A stretch of DNA of 60,924 bases from Bacteroidales bacterium (GTDB taxonomy: Bacteria > Bacteroidota > Bacteroidia > Bacteroidales > UBA7960): NCBI GenBank assembly GCA_041690235.1, contig JAWLHS010000002.1:1-60924 (forward strand), in the 5' to 3' direction. The stretch's first letter is position 1. The number at the start of each line of letters is the position of its first letter. Under the pieces are notes generated by a model. That model searched no databases and had not been told where the DNA came from. It saw only the letters and a list, made by a program, of their open reading frames with translations. This document shows positions 35,892 to 45,981 of this stretch, in pieces. The translations under genes and the position numbers were made by a program.

Positions 35892-38339
35892 ATGAAGATT
35901 TCTTATCATTGGTTGAGGGACTATGTTGCATTTTCCAAAAGTCCCGAGGAATTGGCTGTGCTTCTTACGGACTGTGGCCTGGAAGTGGAGGGGATTGAAA
36001 AGTTTGAAACCTTGAAAGGGGGACTGCAGGGTGTGATTTGTGGGTTGGTTCTATCCTGTGAAAAACACCCGGATGCCGATCGTCTGACACTGACCAGTGT
36101 GGACGTTGGTCAGGACAGGGCACTCTCCATAGTATGCGGGGCCCCCAACGTTCTGCCGGGGCAAAAGGTGTTTGTGGCAACGGTGGGAACCACACTTTTC
36201 CTTCCAGGAGGGCCGTTGGAGATCAAGAAGGCCCGTATCCGGGGCCAGATTTCAGAGGGGATGATTTGCGCGGAAGACGAACTGGGGGTTGGCACATCCC
36301 ATGAAGGCATCATGGTTTTGCCTGAAGAAACCCCGGTTGGCATTCCGGCTTCCAGGTTTTTTCAGCTTCGGGAGGATTGGGTTTTTGAAATAGGCCTGAC
36401 CCCAAATCGCATTGATGCGGCTTCTCACATGGGTGTGGCCCGGGATATTGTTGCGGTCCTTAACCACCAGTCAGGATCCGGGAAACTCATGCTGCAGCAA
36501 CCGGATGTCAGCTCTTTTTCGGTCGATAACCATGTCCTTCCCATATCCGTTGAAGTCGAAGACACGGAAGCCTGCCCACGGTATTGCGGGCTGACCATTT
36601 CCAACCTGAAAGTGGGTGAGTCACCCTCTTGGTTGAAATCCCGCTTACTTGCCATTGGCCTTAAACCGATCAACAATGTGGTCGACATTACCAACTATGT
36701 TCTTCATGAGCTGGGACAGCCTCTTCATGCCTTCGATGCACAGCATATTTCGGGCAAGCGGGTGGTCGTAAAAAAACCGGCAAAGGGAACCCTCTTCAAA
36801 ACCCTCGATGAGGAAACCCTCGAATTAAGCGGGGAGGACCTGATGATCTGTAATGCATCCGAACCCATGTGCATGGCGGGGATTCTTGGCGGAATCAGCT
36901 CAGGGGTCACAAGTTCCACGACCAGCATTTTTTTAGAAAGTGCCTACTTTGCCCCTGTTGGCATACGCCGGTCATCCAACCGTCACGACATTAAAACGGA
37001 CGCTTCCTTCCGGTTTGAAAGGGGAGCCGATCCCGAAATGACGGTCTTTGCCCTCCAACGGGCAGCCATTCTCATCAGGGAAATTGCCGGGGGAGAAATC
37101 TCTTCGGACGTGGTGGATGTTTACCCGGAGCATATGGATGCCACCCACCTGGATCTTGAATTCCAATTCGCCGACAGGCTTATTGGAAAAAAAATACCCC
37201 GAAGCGAAATAAAGGACATTTTGAAGGACCTTGACTTTAAAGTTTTGAAAGAGAACGACCAGGGGCTTTCTCTTTCGGTTCCATCCTACCGTGTTGATGT
37301 TACCAGGGAGGCGGATGTGGTGGAGGAAGTGTTGCGGATATACGGTTATAACAATATTGAACTGCCGGACAGGTTGTATTCGTCCATCGTTCTCTCCCCG
37401 AAGCCAGACAAAGAATTGCTGCAGAATGTTGTTTCTGACATGCTTTCCTCGGTCGGGTTTGTGGAAATCATGAACAATTCCCTCACCAGGGGAAGTTATT
37501 ATGCGTCGGATGGCTTTGATGCCGGACAATCGGTTTCCATTTTAAATCCTTTAAGCCAGGAGTTGAATGCAATGAGGCAGTCGCTTTTGTTCGGCGGACT
37601 TGAAACCGTTGTGTTTAATCAGAACCGCAGGCTGGAGGATTTGAAGCTTTACGAGTTCGGAAACATTTATTATAAAAAAAAGGGGGGTGTCGGACTGAAG
37701 GGATATGGGGAGCGGATGGTTCTGGCTTTGTTTCTGACCGGACGAAGGCAGCCGGAAACCTGGGCAACTGCTTCAGATGCCCAGCTTGGTTTTTTTGATT
37801 TAAAGGCCGTTGTTTCAGGGATTTTTGACCGGCTTGGACTTGATAGCGGGACATTCAGGGTGTTGGATCAGGATCCCATTTTCGATTTTGGCATACAACT
37901 GGTGTCGGATCAGAAGGTTCTGGGTAGCATGGGCCGCGTTTCCGGTGCGGTTTCCAACAGGTTTGGCATTCGAAACGATGTTTTTTATGCTGAATTGGAG
38001 TGGGATCTGCTGATGCTTTTGTCGGACAAAAAAAAGCCGCTTTACAAGGATGTTCCCAAATTCCCGGAGGTTCGGCGGGACCTTGCCTTGCTGATACATA
38101 AAGATGTTTCCTTTGCAGATATTGAAAAGCTGGCATTTGAAACCGAGAACAGATTGCTGAAACGGGTGAATTTATTTGATGTATACAAAGACGAGAAGCT
38201 GGGCCAGGACAAGAAGTCTTATGCGGTTAGCTTTACCCTTCAAAACCCTAAAAAAACCCTGACCGATGAAGAAATTGATCGGTTAATGGGTAAACTGGTC
38301 TCCGCATTTACGCGGCAACTGAAGGCTGAAATCCGATAG
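35892..38339 (+). CDS. pheT: Phenylalanine--tRNA ligase beta subunit
   Basis: MKISYHWLRDYV N-terminus, a tRNA-binding domain (HPDADRL), B3/4 and B5 domains, and a C-terminal FDX-ACB domain. Length is 815 aa. Confidence 0.95.
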   Translation: MKISYHWLRDYVAFSKSPEELAVLLTDCGLEVEGIEKFETLKGGLQGVICGLVLSCEKHPDADRLTLTSVDVGQDRALSIVCGAPNVLPGQKVFVATVGTTLFLPGGPLEIKKARIRGQISEGMICAEDELGVGTSHEGIMVLPEETPVGIPASRFFQLREDWVFEIGLTPNRIDAASHMGVARDIVAVLNHQSGSGKLMLQQPDVSSFSVDNHVLPISVEVEDTEACPRYCGLTISNLKVGESPSWLKSRLLAIGLKPINNVVDITNYVLHELGQPLHAFDAQHISGKRVVVKKPAKGTLFKTLDEETLELSGEDLMICNASEPMCMAGILGGISSGVTSSTTSIFLESAYFAPVGIRRSSNRHDIKTDASFRFERGADPEMTVFALQRAAILIREIAGGEISSDVVDVYPEHMDATHLDLEFQFADRLIGKKIPRSEIKDILKDLDFKVLKENDQGLSLSVPSYRVDVTREADVVEEVLRIYGYNNIELPDRLYSSIVLSPKPDKELLQNVVSDMLSSVGFVEIMNNSLTRGSYYASDGFDAGQSVSILNPLSQELNAMRQSLLFGGLETVVFNQNRRLEDLKLYEFGNIYYKKKGGVGLKGYGERMVLALFLTGRRQPETWATASDAQLGFFDLKAVVSGIFDRLGLDSGTFRVLDQDPIFDFGIQLVSDQKVLGSMGRVSGAVSNRFGIRNDVFYAELEWDLLMLLSDKKKPLYKDVPKFPEVRRDLALLIHKDVSFADIEKLAFETENRLLKRVNLFDVYKDEKLGQDKKSYAVSFTLQNPKKTLTDEEIDRLMGKLVSAFTRQLKAEIR

Positions 38340-38373
38340 AAGGCTGAAATACCGGCTTATATACCCGTGGTTG

Positions 38374-39132
38374 TCAGGGGTTGTGGTATAATTGTTTGAT
38401 AAAGGCTGCCAGGTTTTTCATGTCACCGGGATCTGAAAAAGACACAGGGTTTGCCCGTACAAAGGCTCTGATTTCCTGACGGTGTTCAGGGAATGCACTG
38501 AAGAGCTGCCGGCGATTTCCCACCTGTAGATATTCTGTTTCTTTTTTAAACAGAAAAAAGGACTGATACCTCACGTTCACCTCGATGGGATCGCCTTCCG
38601 GGTTTTCAAGGTAGAAATCCCGGTCAGGACCCTCCGGCCCTGCCCCGGCATGCAGGCTACGAACCCTTGTAACCGCTGCACTCCGTGTAGGTTGCCCGTA
38701 TGGCCCCTGTGTCACGGCTTCCATATGGACCTTTATCGAGTGCCTGTTGTATAAGCCGATGACCTTTCCCCCTTCCAAACGCTCCAGAAACCCCTGTTCC
38801 GGAGCGAATACAAAAGTGACCCCATTCCCGAACCTCACCGAGTCAATCTGCCCGGCCGTAACCTGCTCCCGGCCCCGGCGGTCAAGGTGAACCAACTCAT
38901 CGAGCAATATGTTGAAGTTGACCTTTCCACTGATTGTATCTCCGCCATGGAAATAGACAACGGCATCCAAATAATTCCTGAAAAACAACTGCTCTTCTTT
39001 GGGTACCTTTTCTTCCAGGTTTACCCGTTGTGCGGTGAAGCGGAAGGTCTCACCGTAGGAGCGCTGGCCAAATAAGCTGGTTTGATGGGAAAGGAGGACA
39101 AGAATGGAGATGGAAATTTTTTTTAACATCAT
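38374..39132 (-). CDS. Hypothetical secreted protein
   Basis: A 252-aa ORF with signal peptide MMLKKISISILVLLSHQTSLFGQ, located 42 nt downstream of the C25 peptidase gene on the same strand. No recognisable motif. Confidence 0.55.
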   Translation of the reverse strand: MMLKKISISILVLLSHQTSLFGQRSYGETFRFTAQRVNLEEKVPKEEQLFFRNYLDAVVYFHGGDTISGKVNFNILLDELVHLDRRGREQVTAGQIDSVRFGNGVTFVFAPEQGFLERLEGGKVIGLYNRHSIKVHMEAVTQGPYGQPTRSAAVTRVRSLHAGAGPEGPDRDFYLENPEGDPIEVNVRYQSFFLFKKETEYLQVGNRRQLFSAFPEHRQEIRAFVRANPVSFSDPGDMKNLAAFIKQLYHNP

Positions 39133-39174
39133 CTGGTTGTTTTAAGGTGGCAGGGGTTTGTAGGAATGACTTGC

Positions 39175-42100
39175 TTACCGGATCATTATTTTTTTTATGT
39201 ACACCCCTTCATCAGATTCCGCCCGGATAAAATAGATGCCGGGAGATAAACCGGTAATATTGAACCGGATCAGATTGTCGCCATCTCCCCGATCGACCTT
39301 CTTTCTAGACACGATCATACCCTGGGGGTTTAACAGGCTAACCATTGCTCCCGGTCCTTGAATGGCCAGGCTTACATTGACCGTGTTCCGTGCAGGGTTT
39401 GGAAATACGTTCATTTCCTGCTGTATAATATTTCCTGCGGTGCCGGTGGATTCATGGGTCATTCGTACATGGACGTCAAGGTCTCCACTGATGATCTCGA
39501 ACGTACCGTGGTGATCCAGGAAGTCTTCAAGAGAAACAACATAGGGATATAAGCCCGGAGGCAGGTTGGGTATCACATGAACGCCTGGGTCATGGGTTTT
39601 CCCTCCAATGGTGATGTAAGCATCGGGCAGGGCGTCACCATTGGTGTCTGAAACATGGAATTGTGCCTTAAACAATTCAGAGAGAATAATTTCTACGGTT
39701 CGGGGCCCATTGTCCACCTGGAAAGTCTCCTGTTTCAGAAGAAATCCTTCTGCGGAAAAAACATGGCAGGTGTATTGTCCCGGTGCTAAATGAAGACTGG
39801 TACTGCCGCTTTCGAACGACATGACCTTGGATCCGACTTTCAGGGAAAGGCTTGCGGGATCTAGCTGTTGCTGGGGATGTAAAATAAATGTAACTGGCTG
39901 TTCTGTAGGGGTTTCGGGAAGACTAAAACCAAAAAAGATGTTTGGGCGTGCAATGGCGTTGCCGTTAAACCCGGGAACGGCAATCTGGTCGCTGTACCCA
40001 TAGGACACCAAAGGTTGGTTCAATGGGGTGCAGGCCACCCTGATATAGGGGGTCGTCCAATCACTAAGCATACCCCATACAATCTCAACAATCAGGTTGC
40101 TTTGGCCATCGTAGTTGAAATCAGAAACATTCCAATAATGCCATCCATTGTCGACCGGCATTTGGTAAGCCCCCAAAGAAAAAACCTCCTGTGCATCAGC
40201 CATGGATACGAAACCGGCGGGCAGTTGGGTTAAATCCGTGTGCTTCAGTCGGATTTTGAAATTCGGGAGTACATTGTGCTGCAGTGTGGCTTGCAAAATA
40301 TGAAAACCAATCCTGGAAATGGTTTTTTCTCCGGAACCGATTTCTTCTGCGAAATAGAGCATCTGGGTTTTATTGGCCCGGTAAAGGTTGTAAAACGGGT
40401 ATTGGGTGGAATAAAAATCATCATGGCCGATGGTAACCGACGGAGCCTGACCAATGTATATGGATGTGTCTGCCGTGCTTTTGTTGCCGTCTTCCACAGC
40501 AAACTGCAAGGGGATGGCCCTGCCGGCCGGAGCAGAAGGATGGGCTTTTACCGAAAAATCAGCCTGGGAATACATCCCGGGGTCAAGGGGGTCCAGCACG
40601 ACCTGAGAATCGGCCACGGTAAGGTAAGGTGAGTCGATCCACAAGCTCGCTTTGGGATTCCGGGCCCTGGCATCCCCGGTATTAAAGAAACCAAAGCGAA
40701 GCCATGCGGTTTCATCCGGGTCGATCCTGGCAGTCACCTTTTGACCTGGTATGTCAAGCAGTTCATATTCATGGCTGATGTCGAAAACGGGAGCCTGGGC
40801 CTGGATCATAAAACTTGATTGCCAGTTGTTGATGCCATCTGTGATATCCAGCTTCAGGCGGGTACTGTGGCGGTTGGGAACGTGTTCGCTTATATTGATT
40901 TCAAACGCATCCTCCACCATGATTGTATTGTCGGGGGGGATGACCCCATCAAGGGCCATTCCCACTGACCCGTTCACTACCGATATATGGGTGCCCTGAC
41001 TTTCCAGGCGGGCAGACAAGGATTCGGCAGGTTCTATGCCGATGTTCTTCAACTGGAAATGCAATGAGATACGCTCTCCATAATCGGCAATCTGATTGTT
41101 GTTGCCTTGTTCGTCATTGATTGCATAATGGTCCAGTTGCACCAGGGGCCCCTCGATCCCGGCGACCGGAACTTCCATTATATAAGGAATGTGCTGGGGT
41201 TTTGTAACCACGATCATGGCCTGTTCATCGCTGGTAAATGGCTCAATGGGCAAATTGATTCTTCCTTTCGAATCGACAAACCCTGCGCCATGCAGGATCC
41301 CATCCCTGGATAAGGCGACATAGGAACCGGGCAGGGCTTCAACCAGAAATTCTGACCTTCCCCTGGGAACAAAAGGCAGATGCAACACATGATTGGGTTT
41401 CCCCTCGGTTAAGTATATGATGGTTGAGGGGTCCCCGAATGTATGGTAGCCTTGCCAGTACCAAAGAATACTGGATTGGGTCTGGTAGTTTTGAAGGTGT
41501 GCCCGGGTGATGGCCATGTTTCCAAACATCTTGACGGCTGCGACGGGCAAATATTCCCTGGCAAATAGGGCGTCTACGGCACCCATGGAAGATTCTTCGG
41601 GAGTAGGAACGTATCCGGCATTATTGGATTGCATGGGAAAAGCGCCAACCGACCAGTAGAAATCCTCGTACCAATGTGTGTCCGGTGCAGATCCAATATA
41701 GGCTACAGCTCCCTTGTTTTCCGCCCTGAGCCAGGCTTCGGCAATGCTCTCCGCTTCGCTGAACAGACCACTTTGACAGCAATTCCCGATCACCAGCGAA
41801 AACTTTCCTGTGTTTTCCAGGTCGTGGACCTGGGACGCAGTCAGGGTGGGACTGGCCCAGGTGGTAGGGGTACAATGACCCGTGAAGGTAATGACCCCTG
41901 CCGAGACCCCTGCCTCGCTGTAAACATCGGTATAATTGCTGATGAACGCATTGACCGTTTCATACCCATGTTCGGCGTTAAAGTAGTTTCGCTGGGCATA
42001 TTTTACAGTGGGTTGAAGGATGGATTGGTTCCAGGCAAAATCCTGGCCTGCAATGAGCGTGGCATGGTTCAGAAATGAGGGGTCATCAAAAGCATATTGC

Positions 42101-43332
42101 TGGTAGGCGATGGTCTTTTCTATTTGATTTTGAAGCTCCTTGGGGGTTCTGGCCGATAACCTTCCATAATACATTTCGGGAAAATAATCCCCGTCCACGG
42201 ATCCGTAATATAAATCGCTGGCCTTCAGGGAAGCGCTGCCAATCACCGAGGGAGGTAGTTTTTCGCTGTCTCCGACAAGCAATACAAAAGTTGGGGCCGG
42301 GTCGCCGGGACTCCCTGCCAGGTATTGGTTCCTCACGTATTGGCGAATGCCGGAGGCCGTGGATCCTATCTCATCGGTATAGGCCGTGATAACCCGGAAC
42401 CCTTTTTGTGTTTGCCACTCAATGAATGGCTGCAAAACCTGCCTGAAATCCGGGTGGGATACAATCAGCATTTTGATGGGCTGTTTCAGCAGATCGGGGA
42501 AACTTTTGAGGGCGGATTCAGTCCCCTTTGCATTGAGCACTTTTCCATAGAGACTCTCAAAATACGGGGAGTAAGTGGATGCTTTTATAAAACCGGAAAG
42601 GGATTTGTCCGGATGGTCATAATGGAGGGTGACTTCAATATTGTTATAAACCCGTAAGGTTCCTTGCCCCGGATTATAGGCAATGGGTGCCACGGTCAAC
42701 CTGGCGATCCGGATTCCCCGCATCACCCCCAGCACTTCAAGTGATGCCAGTTCAGGCTCAATATAGCCTGATTTTTTGTAAAGATCGGTGTGGTACTCCA
42801 GGGGGATGTCACCGGGGGCCTCCACTTTCAGGCGGGAAGGTTGCACCGGGAACACCGGGTGACTGATGCCCAAGCCCTCCATGCTGTATTCTTCAACGGT
42901 ATACCCGGTTACTTCCAGGCGGACCCCGGCCCCAAAGGGAATCTCTATCAATTGCTTGCTTGCGGGAAGCTTCGGACTACCCGGCGCTCCAACGGAATAA
43001 GCCATGGGAAAGGACAGATCGACAAACATCCCCGCCCTTGTTTTGACTTCTGCGGTTTCCAGGCTCCCAAAATGAAAGAAAAGCTTGGTGGCATTCCAAT
43101 CGTCGGATTGGATATCTATGCGGGTCTCTTCTGAAGACAAAAGGATCTTGGGTTCGGCGGCGGATGAAGGCCGGGCAATAAATGGCAGCAGGAATGCCAA
43201 CAGGGCCATGACACGGAATGTTCTTGCAAGCTGGCTGGACAACACATGCAGATCCTGGCCTCTGACAGCCTCAGGTGAGGTGGCCGGAGAAGAATCCTGG
43301 CGAAACAAAGAAGGGACCCTGTGTTTTATCAT
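39175..43332 (-). CDS. Peptidase C25 (gingipain-like cysteine peptidase) with T9SS C-terminal sorting domain
   Basis: A propeptide-like N-terminus and a catalytic-type His...Cys pair (FTGHCTPTTW ... VIGNCCQSGLF) spaced 32-33 residues apart, similar to the gingipain dyad spacing. It has a type-A-like CTD. The real start may be the ATG at 43209 (MALLAFLLPFIARPSSAAEP). Confidence 0.8.
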   Translation of the reverse strand: MIKHRVPSLFRQDSSPATSPEAVRGQDLHVLSSQLARTFRVMALLAFLLPFIARPSSAAEPKILLSSEETRIDIQSDDWNATKLFFHFGSLETAEVKTRAGMFVDLSFPMAYSVGAPGSPKLPASKQLIEIPFGAGVRLEVTGYTVEEYSMEGLGISHPVFPVQPSRLKVEAPGDIPLEYHTDLYKKSGYIEPELASLEVLGVMRGIRIARLTVAPIAYNPGQGTLRVYNNIEVTLHYDHPDKSLSGFIKASTYSPYFESLYGKVLNAKGTESALKSFPDLLKQPIKMLIVSHPDFRQVLQPFIEWQTQKGFRVITAYTDEIGSTASGIRQYVRNQYLAGSPGDPAPTFVLLVGDSEKLPPSVIGSASLKASDLYYGSVDGDYFPEMYYGRLSARTPKELQNQIEKTIAYQQYAFDDPSFLNHATLIAGQDFAWNQSILQPTVKYAQRNYFNAEHGYETVNAFISNYTDVYSEAGVSAGVITFTGHCTPTTWASPTLTASQVHDLENTGKFSLVIGNCCQSGLFSEAESIAEAWLRAENKGAVAYIGSAPDTHWYEDFYWSVGAFPMQSNNAGYVPTPEESSMGAVDALFAREYLPVAAVKMFGNMAITRAHLQNYQTQSSILWYWQGYHTFGDPSTIIYLTEGKPNHVLHLPFVPRGRSEFLVEALPGSYVALSRDGILHGAGFVDSKGRINLPIEPFTSDEQAMIVVTKPQHIPYIMEVPVAGIEGPLVQLDHYAINDEQGNNNQIADYGERISLHFQLKNIGIEPAESLSARLESQGTHISVVNGSVGMALDGVIPPDNTIMVEDAFEINISEHVPNRHSTRLKLDITDGINNWQSSFMIQAQAPVFDISHEYELLDIPGQKVTARIDPDETAWLRFGFFNTGDARARNPKASLWIDSPYLTVADSQVVLDPLDPGMYSQADFSVKAHPSAPAGRAIPLQFAVEDGNKSTADTSIYIGQAPSVTIGHDDFYSTQYPFYNLYRANKTQMLYFAEEIGSGEKTISRIGFHILQATLQHNVLPNFKIRLKHTDLTQLPAGFVSMADAQEVFSLGAYQMPVDNGWHYWNVSDFNYDGQSNLIVEIVWGMLSDWTTPYIRVACTPLNQPLVSYGYSDQIAVPGFNGNAIARPNIFFGFSLPETPTEQPVTFILHPQQQLDPASLSLKVGSKVMSFESGSTSLHLAPGQYTCHVFSAEGFLLKQETFQVDNGPRTVEIILSELFKAQFHVSDTNGDALPDAYITIGGKTHDPGVHVIPNLPPGLYPYVVSLEDFLDHHGTFEIISGDLDVHVRMTHESTGTAGNIIQQEMNVFPNPARNTVNVSLAIQGPGAMVSLLNPQGMIVSRKKVDRGDGDNLIRFNITGLSPGIYFIRAESDEGVYIKKIMIR
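39178..39414 (-). other. T9SS C-terminal sorting domain (type A-like CTD) of the C25 peptidase
   Basis: The last 79 aa, MNVFPNPARNTVNVSL...GLSPGIYFIRAESDEGVYIKKIMIR, match the classic Por secretion CTD pattern (FPNPA..., GIYF..., final K-hydrophobic-R). Confidence 0.8.
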
Positions 43333-43452
43333 CCTGATCCAACAAAAACCGGAGCAAGTCCGGGCAAAAGTAAATATTAAATTTAGTCAAAATGTCTTTG
43401 AATAACAAATCGCTTTTTACAGTCTTTCCCTTGTTTTTTCATGGTTCATCCA

Positions 43453-44676
43453 CTATCTGGGCTGCTCCAGAACAGTCGAGATGCTTCTCAGGGGCAGGAT
43501 GGTGGCAAGCAATCCGATGGCAAAAACCGTAATGGCCACAAGGGCAAAATCGGTTGCTTTCACAGCCACGGGGTAGGCGTCAATAATAAAATCTCCTTCG
43601 GCCTGGATCGTTACCAGCCCGAATCTAATCTGCAACCAACATACAAGTCCACCGAGCAGAATGCCAGCCAAAGCCCCCCCCAGGCTGATTAATATCCCCT
43701 CCAGCAAAAAGACCCTGCGGATGATCCGCTTTGAAGCACCCAGGCTATGGAGGGTGTGGATATCTGCCTTTTTTTCAAGGACCAGCATGGTGAGTGACCC
43801 AATCACATTAAACGCCGCGATAATTAAAATGAAGCTAAGGATAAAATAAATGGCCCACTTTTCAGATTTCATAATCTTGTAGATGAACTCCTGTTGCTGA
43901 AGCGGGTTTTTCACACTGAATCCGGGCCCCAATAATTTTTCGATATCGGCCTGCACTTGTGCAAAATTGGCCATAGGTTCCAGGTTTACGGCCAGAGAGG
44001 TCACTTCGTCCTCGTACTCCAACAGACGTCGTGCAAGCCTTAATGGGACGAGGATAAACTCTATATCAAGCTCTGTATGCACCCCGAAAATGCCGCTGGC
44101 ATAACTGGAAGTGGCATTGAATGCCTGGGCAGGCTGCAGGGATACCGTCCGTCCCCGCTTGGGCACGTATAAATTCATGGGGTTCAGGAAATCATTGATG
44201 TTGGCATCCAGCATAACCGCAACGCCCTGGCCGATGATCATATAGTCCACCTGCCCTTCTTCAAGGATGTATTCTCCGTCCACCAACAGGGTGTCCAGTC
44301 CGGTTATGGCCTGAAAGGAAGGTGCAACCCCCCGCATGGTCACCAGGTGCTGGCGGTCCTTGTATGTCAGCAGGGCCGTTTCATCGAGCACCTCGCTGTA
44401 TAGAGCCAGGCCGGGTACTTTTTTCAGCTCCTCCAGCGGAAATTCCTCCAGCGAAAAAGTCTTCCCCTCAGCCAGGGTGATTTCAATGTCCGGATTAAAG
44501 GCATTAAAAAGGGAAAGAATCAGCTTTTCGAATCCGTTGAATACCGATAGCACCACAACCAGTGCCATGGTTCCGACCATGACGCCGATCACCGATACCA
44601 GTGTGATGATATTGATGGCATTGTGTGATTTCCTGGCAAAAAGATAGCGCCGCGCTATGTAAAAAGGGAGATGCAA
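43453..44676 (-). CDS. FtsX/LolC/LolE-family ABC transporter permease
   Basis: N-terminal FYIARRYLFARKSHNAINIITLVSVIGVMVG, a large periplasmic loop and a C-terminal FtsX-type 3-TM bundle. Confidence 0.85.
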   Translation of the reverse strand: MHLPFYIARRYLFARKSHNAINIITLVSVIGVMVGTMALVVVLSVFNGFEKLILSLFNAFNPDIEITLAEGKTFSLEEFPLEELKKVPGLALYSEVLDETALLTYKDRQHLVTMRGVAPSFQAITGLDTLLVDGEYILEEGQVDYMIIGQGVAVMLDANINDFLNPMNLYVPKRGRTVSLQPAQAFNATSSYASGIFGVHTELDIEFILVPLRLARRLLEYEDEVTSLAVNLEPMANFAQVQADIEKLLGPGFSVKNPLQQQEFIYKIMKSEKWAIYFILSFILIIAAFNVIGSLTMLVLEKKADIHTLHSLGASKRIIRRVFLLEGILISLGGALAGILLGGLVCWLQIRFGLVTIQAEGDFIIDAYPVAVKATDFALVAITVFAIGLLATILPLRSISTVLEQPR

Positions 44677-44689
44677 GGTATGGCTGTTT

Positions 44690-45499
44690 TTATTCTTTCC
44701 ATGCTTTGACCAGAAGTCCGGTCCCGGATTTGTGATGTAAATGCAAATCAGCCAGGTTTAACAAAAGGACAAAAGGCATGATCAGCACATAATAAAAAGG
44801 AAGCAGGATAATGAAAAATTTTGAGGCTCCGACCAGGGTGAGGGGTATCCGCATGGATAGTTGCCATGAAAAGTTTCCCGGCTTGCCGTAGGTATACCGT
44901 GTTTCAACGCGTTGAAAACCTGCCTTTTTTAACTTTCGGTCCATCTCTTTTGCTCCGTACCCGTCTCTGACGTGTTCCTCTATGAAGGAGGTGTCTTCTT
45001 CACGCGTCACACCACTTCCTCCACGATCTGAAGGAGTGCTGATCAACAGCAGCCCGTTCTTTTTTAAGGAACGAAAAAAGTTCTGAAAAACTTGTTCGTC
45101 TTCCTCAATATGTTCCATGACGTCCACCGATAAAATCAAATCGTATGTATGGGGACGAACAAAGCCCGTGAGGTCCTGTACCTCAAAATCCACATTTTTA
45201 ATGCCAGCCTGGTCAAAGAAGGTTTTTGACGCAGCGATCTCGTCTTCTTTCAGGTCAACGGCATGAATATTCCAGGAAGCTTGCTTTCTGGCAAGGAAAT
45301 AAGTGTATTGTCCGAATCCGCTGCCCGCATCCAACACCTGCCGAACGGCCTGTTTGTGCCTCATGAAACGCCGCAATTCCTTATGGATGTGCCATGTTCG
45401 CAATAGCAATAAATCGAGGAGTTGGAAAAACACGCGCCGTAAAAAGACCGAACGGTTAAAAAACCGGCTCAGGCTTTGCTTCATGGGGTCGTACTGCAT
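44690..45499 (-). CDS. Class I SAM-dependent methyltransferase with a hydrophobic C-terminal extension
   Basis: SAM-binding motif I VLDAGSGFGQY and post-I/II motifs (ILSVDVMEHI). The last 60 aa or so contain a hydrophobic stretch FFIILLPFYYVLIMPFVLLLNL. Confidence 0.75.
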   Translation of the reverse strand: MQYDPMKQSLSRFFNRSVFLRRVFFQLLDLLLLRTWHIHKELRRFMRHKQAVRQVLDAGSGFGQYTYFLARKQASWNIHAVDLKEDEIAASKTFFDQAGIKNVDFEVQDLTGFVRPHTYDLILSVDVMEHIEEDEQVFQNFFRSLKKNGLLLISTPSDRGGSGVTREEDTSFIEEHVRDGYGAKEMDRKLKKAGFQRVETRYTYGKPGNFSWQLSMRIPLTLVGASKFFIILLPFYYVLIMPFVLLLNLADLHLHHKSGTGLLVKAWKE

Positions 45500-45503
45500 G
45501 GCT

Positions 45504-45839
45504 TTACTCTTTCAGCAGCTTTTCAATATTCTCAATGTAATCGAGACTGTCATCGATATAAAACCGGAGTTCCGGAATTTGTCTCAACTGGTTTTTCACC
45601 CTCAGCCCAAGCAGTTTTCTTATTTCCTTGCCCCGCATTTCGATTTGCCGGATTACCTCCCCGGCCTCTTTGCCAAAAATGCTGACATACACCCTCGCAA
45701 TGGACAAATCACTGGTCACCTTAACCTGTGTGACGGTAATCATGACACCCGGAAACCACCCCCTTCCCTCGATCTGGATGATCTCTCCCAGGTCCTTCTG
45801 GAGCAGGCGTGCGATTTTTTTTTGTCGGTTCGTTTCCAT
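45504..45839 (-). CDS. rbfA: Ribosome-binding factor A
   Basis: METNRQKKIARLLQKDLGEI... VMITVTQVKVTSDLSIARVYVSIF is typical RbfA. The start is taken at the internal ATG at 45839, since the longer ORF to 45965 would cross the divergent promoter region. Confidence 0.88.
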   Translation of the reverse strand: METNRQKKIARLLQKDLGEIIQIEGRGWFPGVMITVTQVKVTSDLSIARVYVSIFGKEAGEVIRQIEMRGKEIRKLLGLRVKNQLRQIPELRFYIDDSLDYIENIEKLLKE

Positions 45840-45981
45840 GGGGCAAAGATAGTTTAAAAAGAGGGAACATAAGTGATGACCCGGAATGTGTTTTTTTGCA
45901 CCGGTTTGTGAATGATTGGTTTTTCTTATATATTTACCGCTCAGCTGTTTTCTTTGTTTTTTCATCCCAAAAACCCAATGT

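Noticed and set aside
39175-43332. Calling the C25-family protein the T9SS sortase PorU
   Set aside because: PorU is C25-like, but no porV-like beta-barrel gene is adjacent, and the sequence has a gingipain-like propeptide and a typical cleavable-type CTD. I cannot distinguish cargo protease from sortase without phylogeny, so the generic C25 call is kept.
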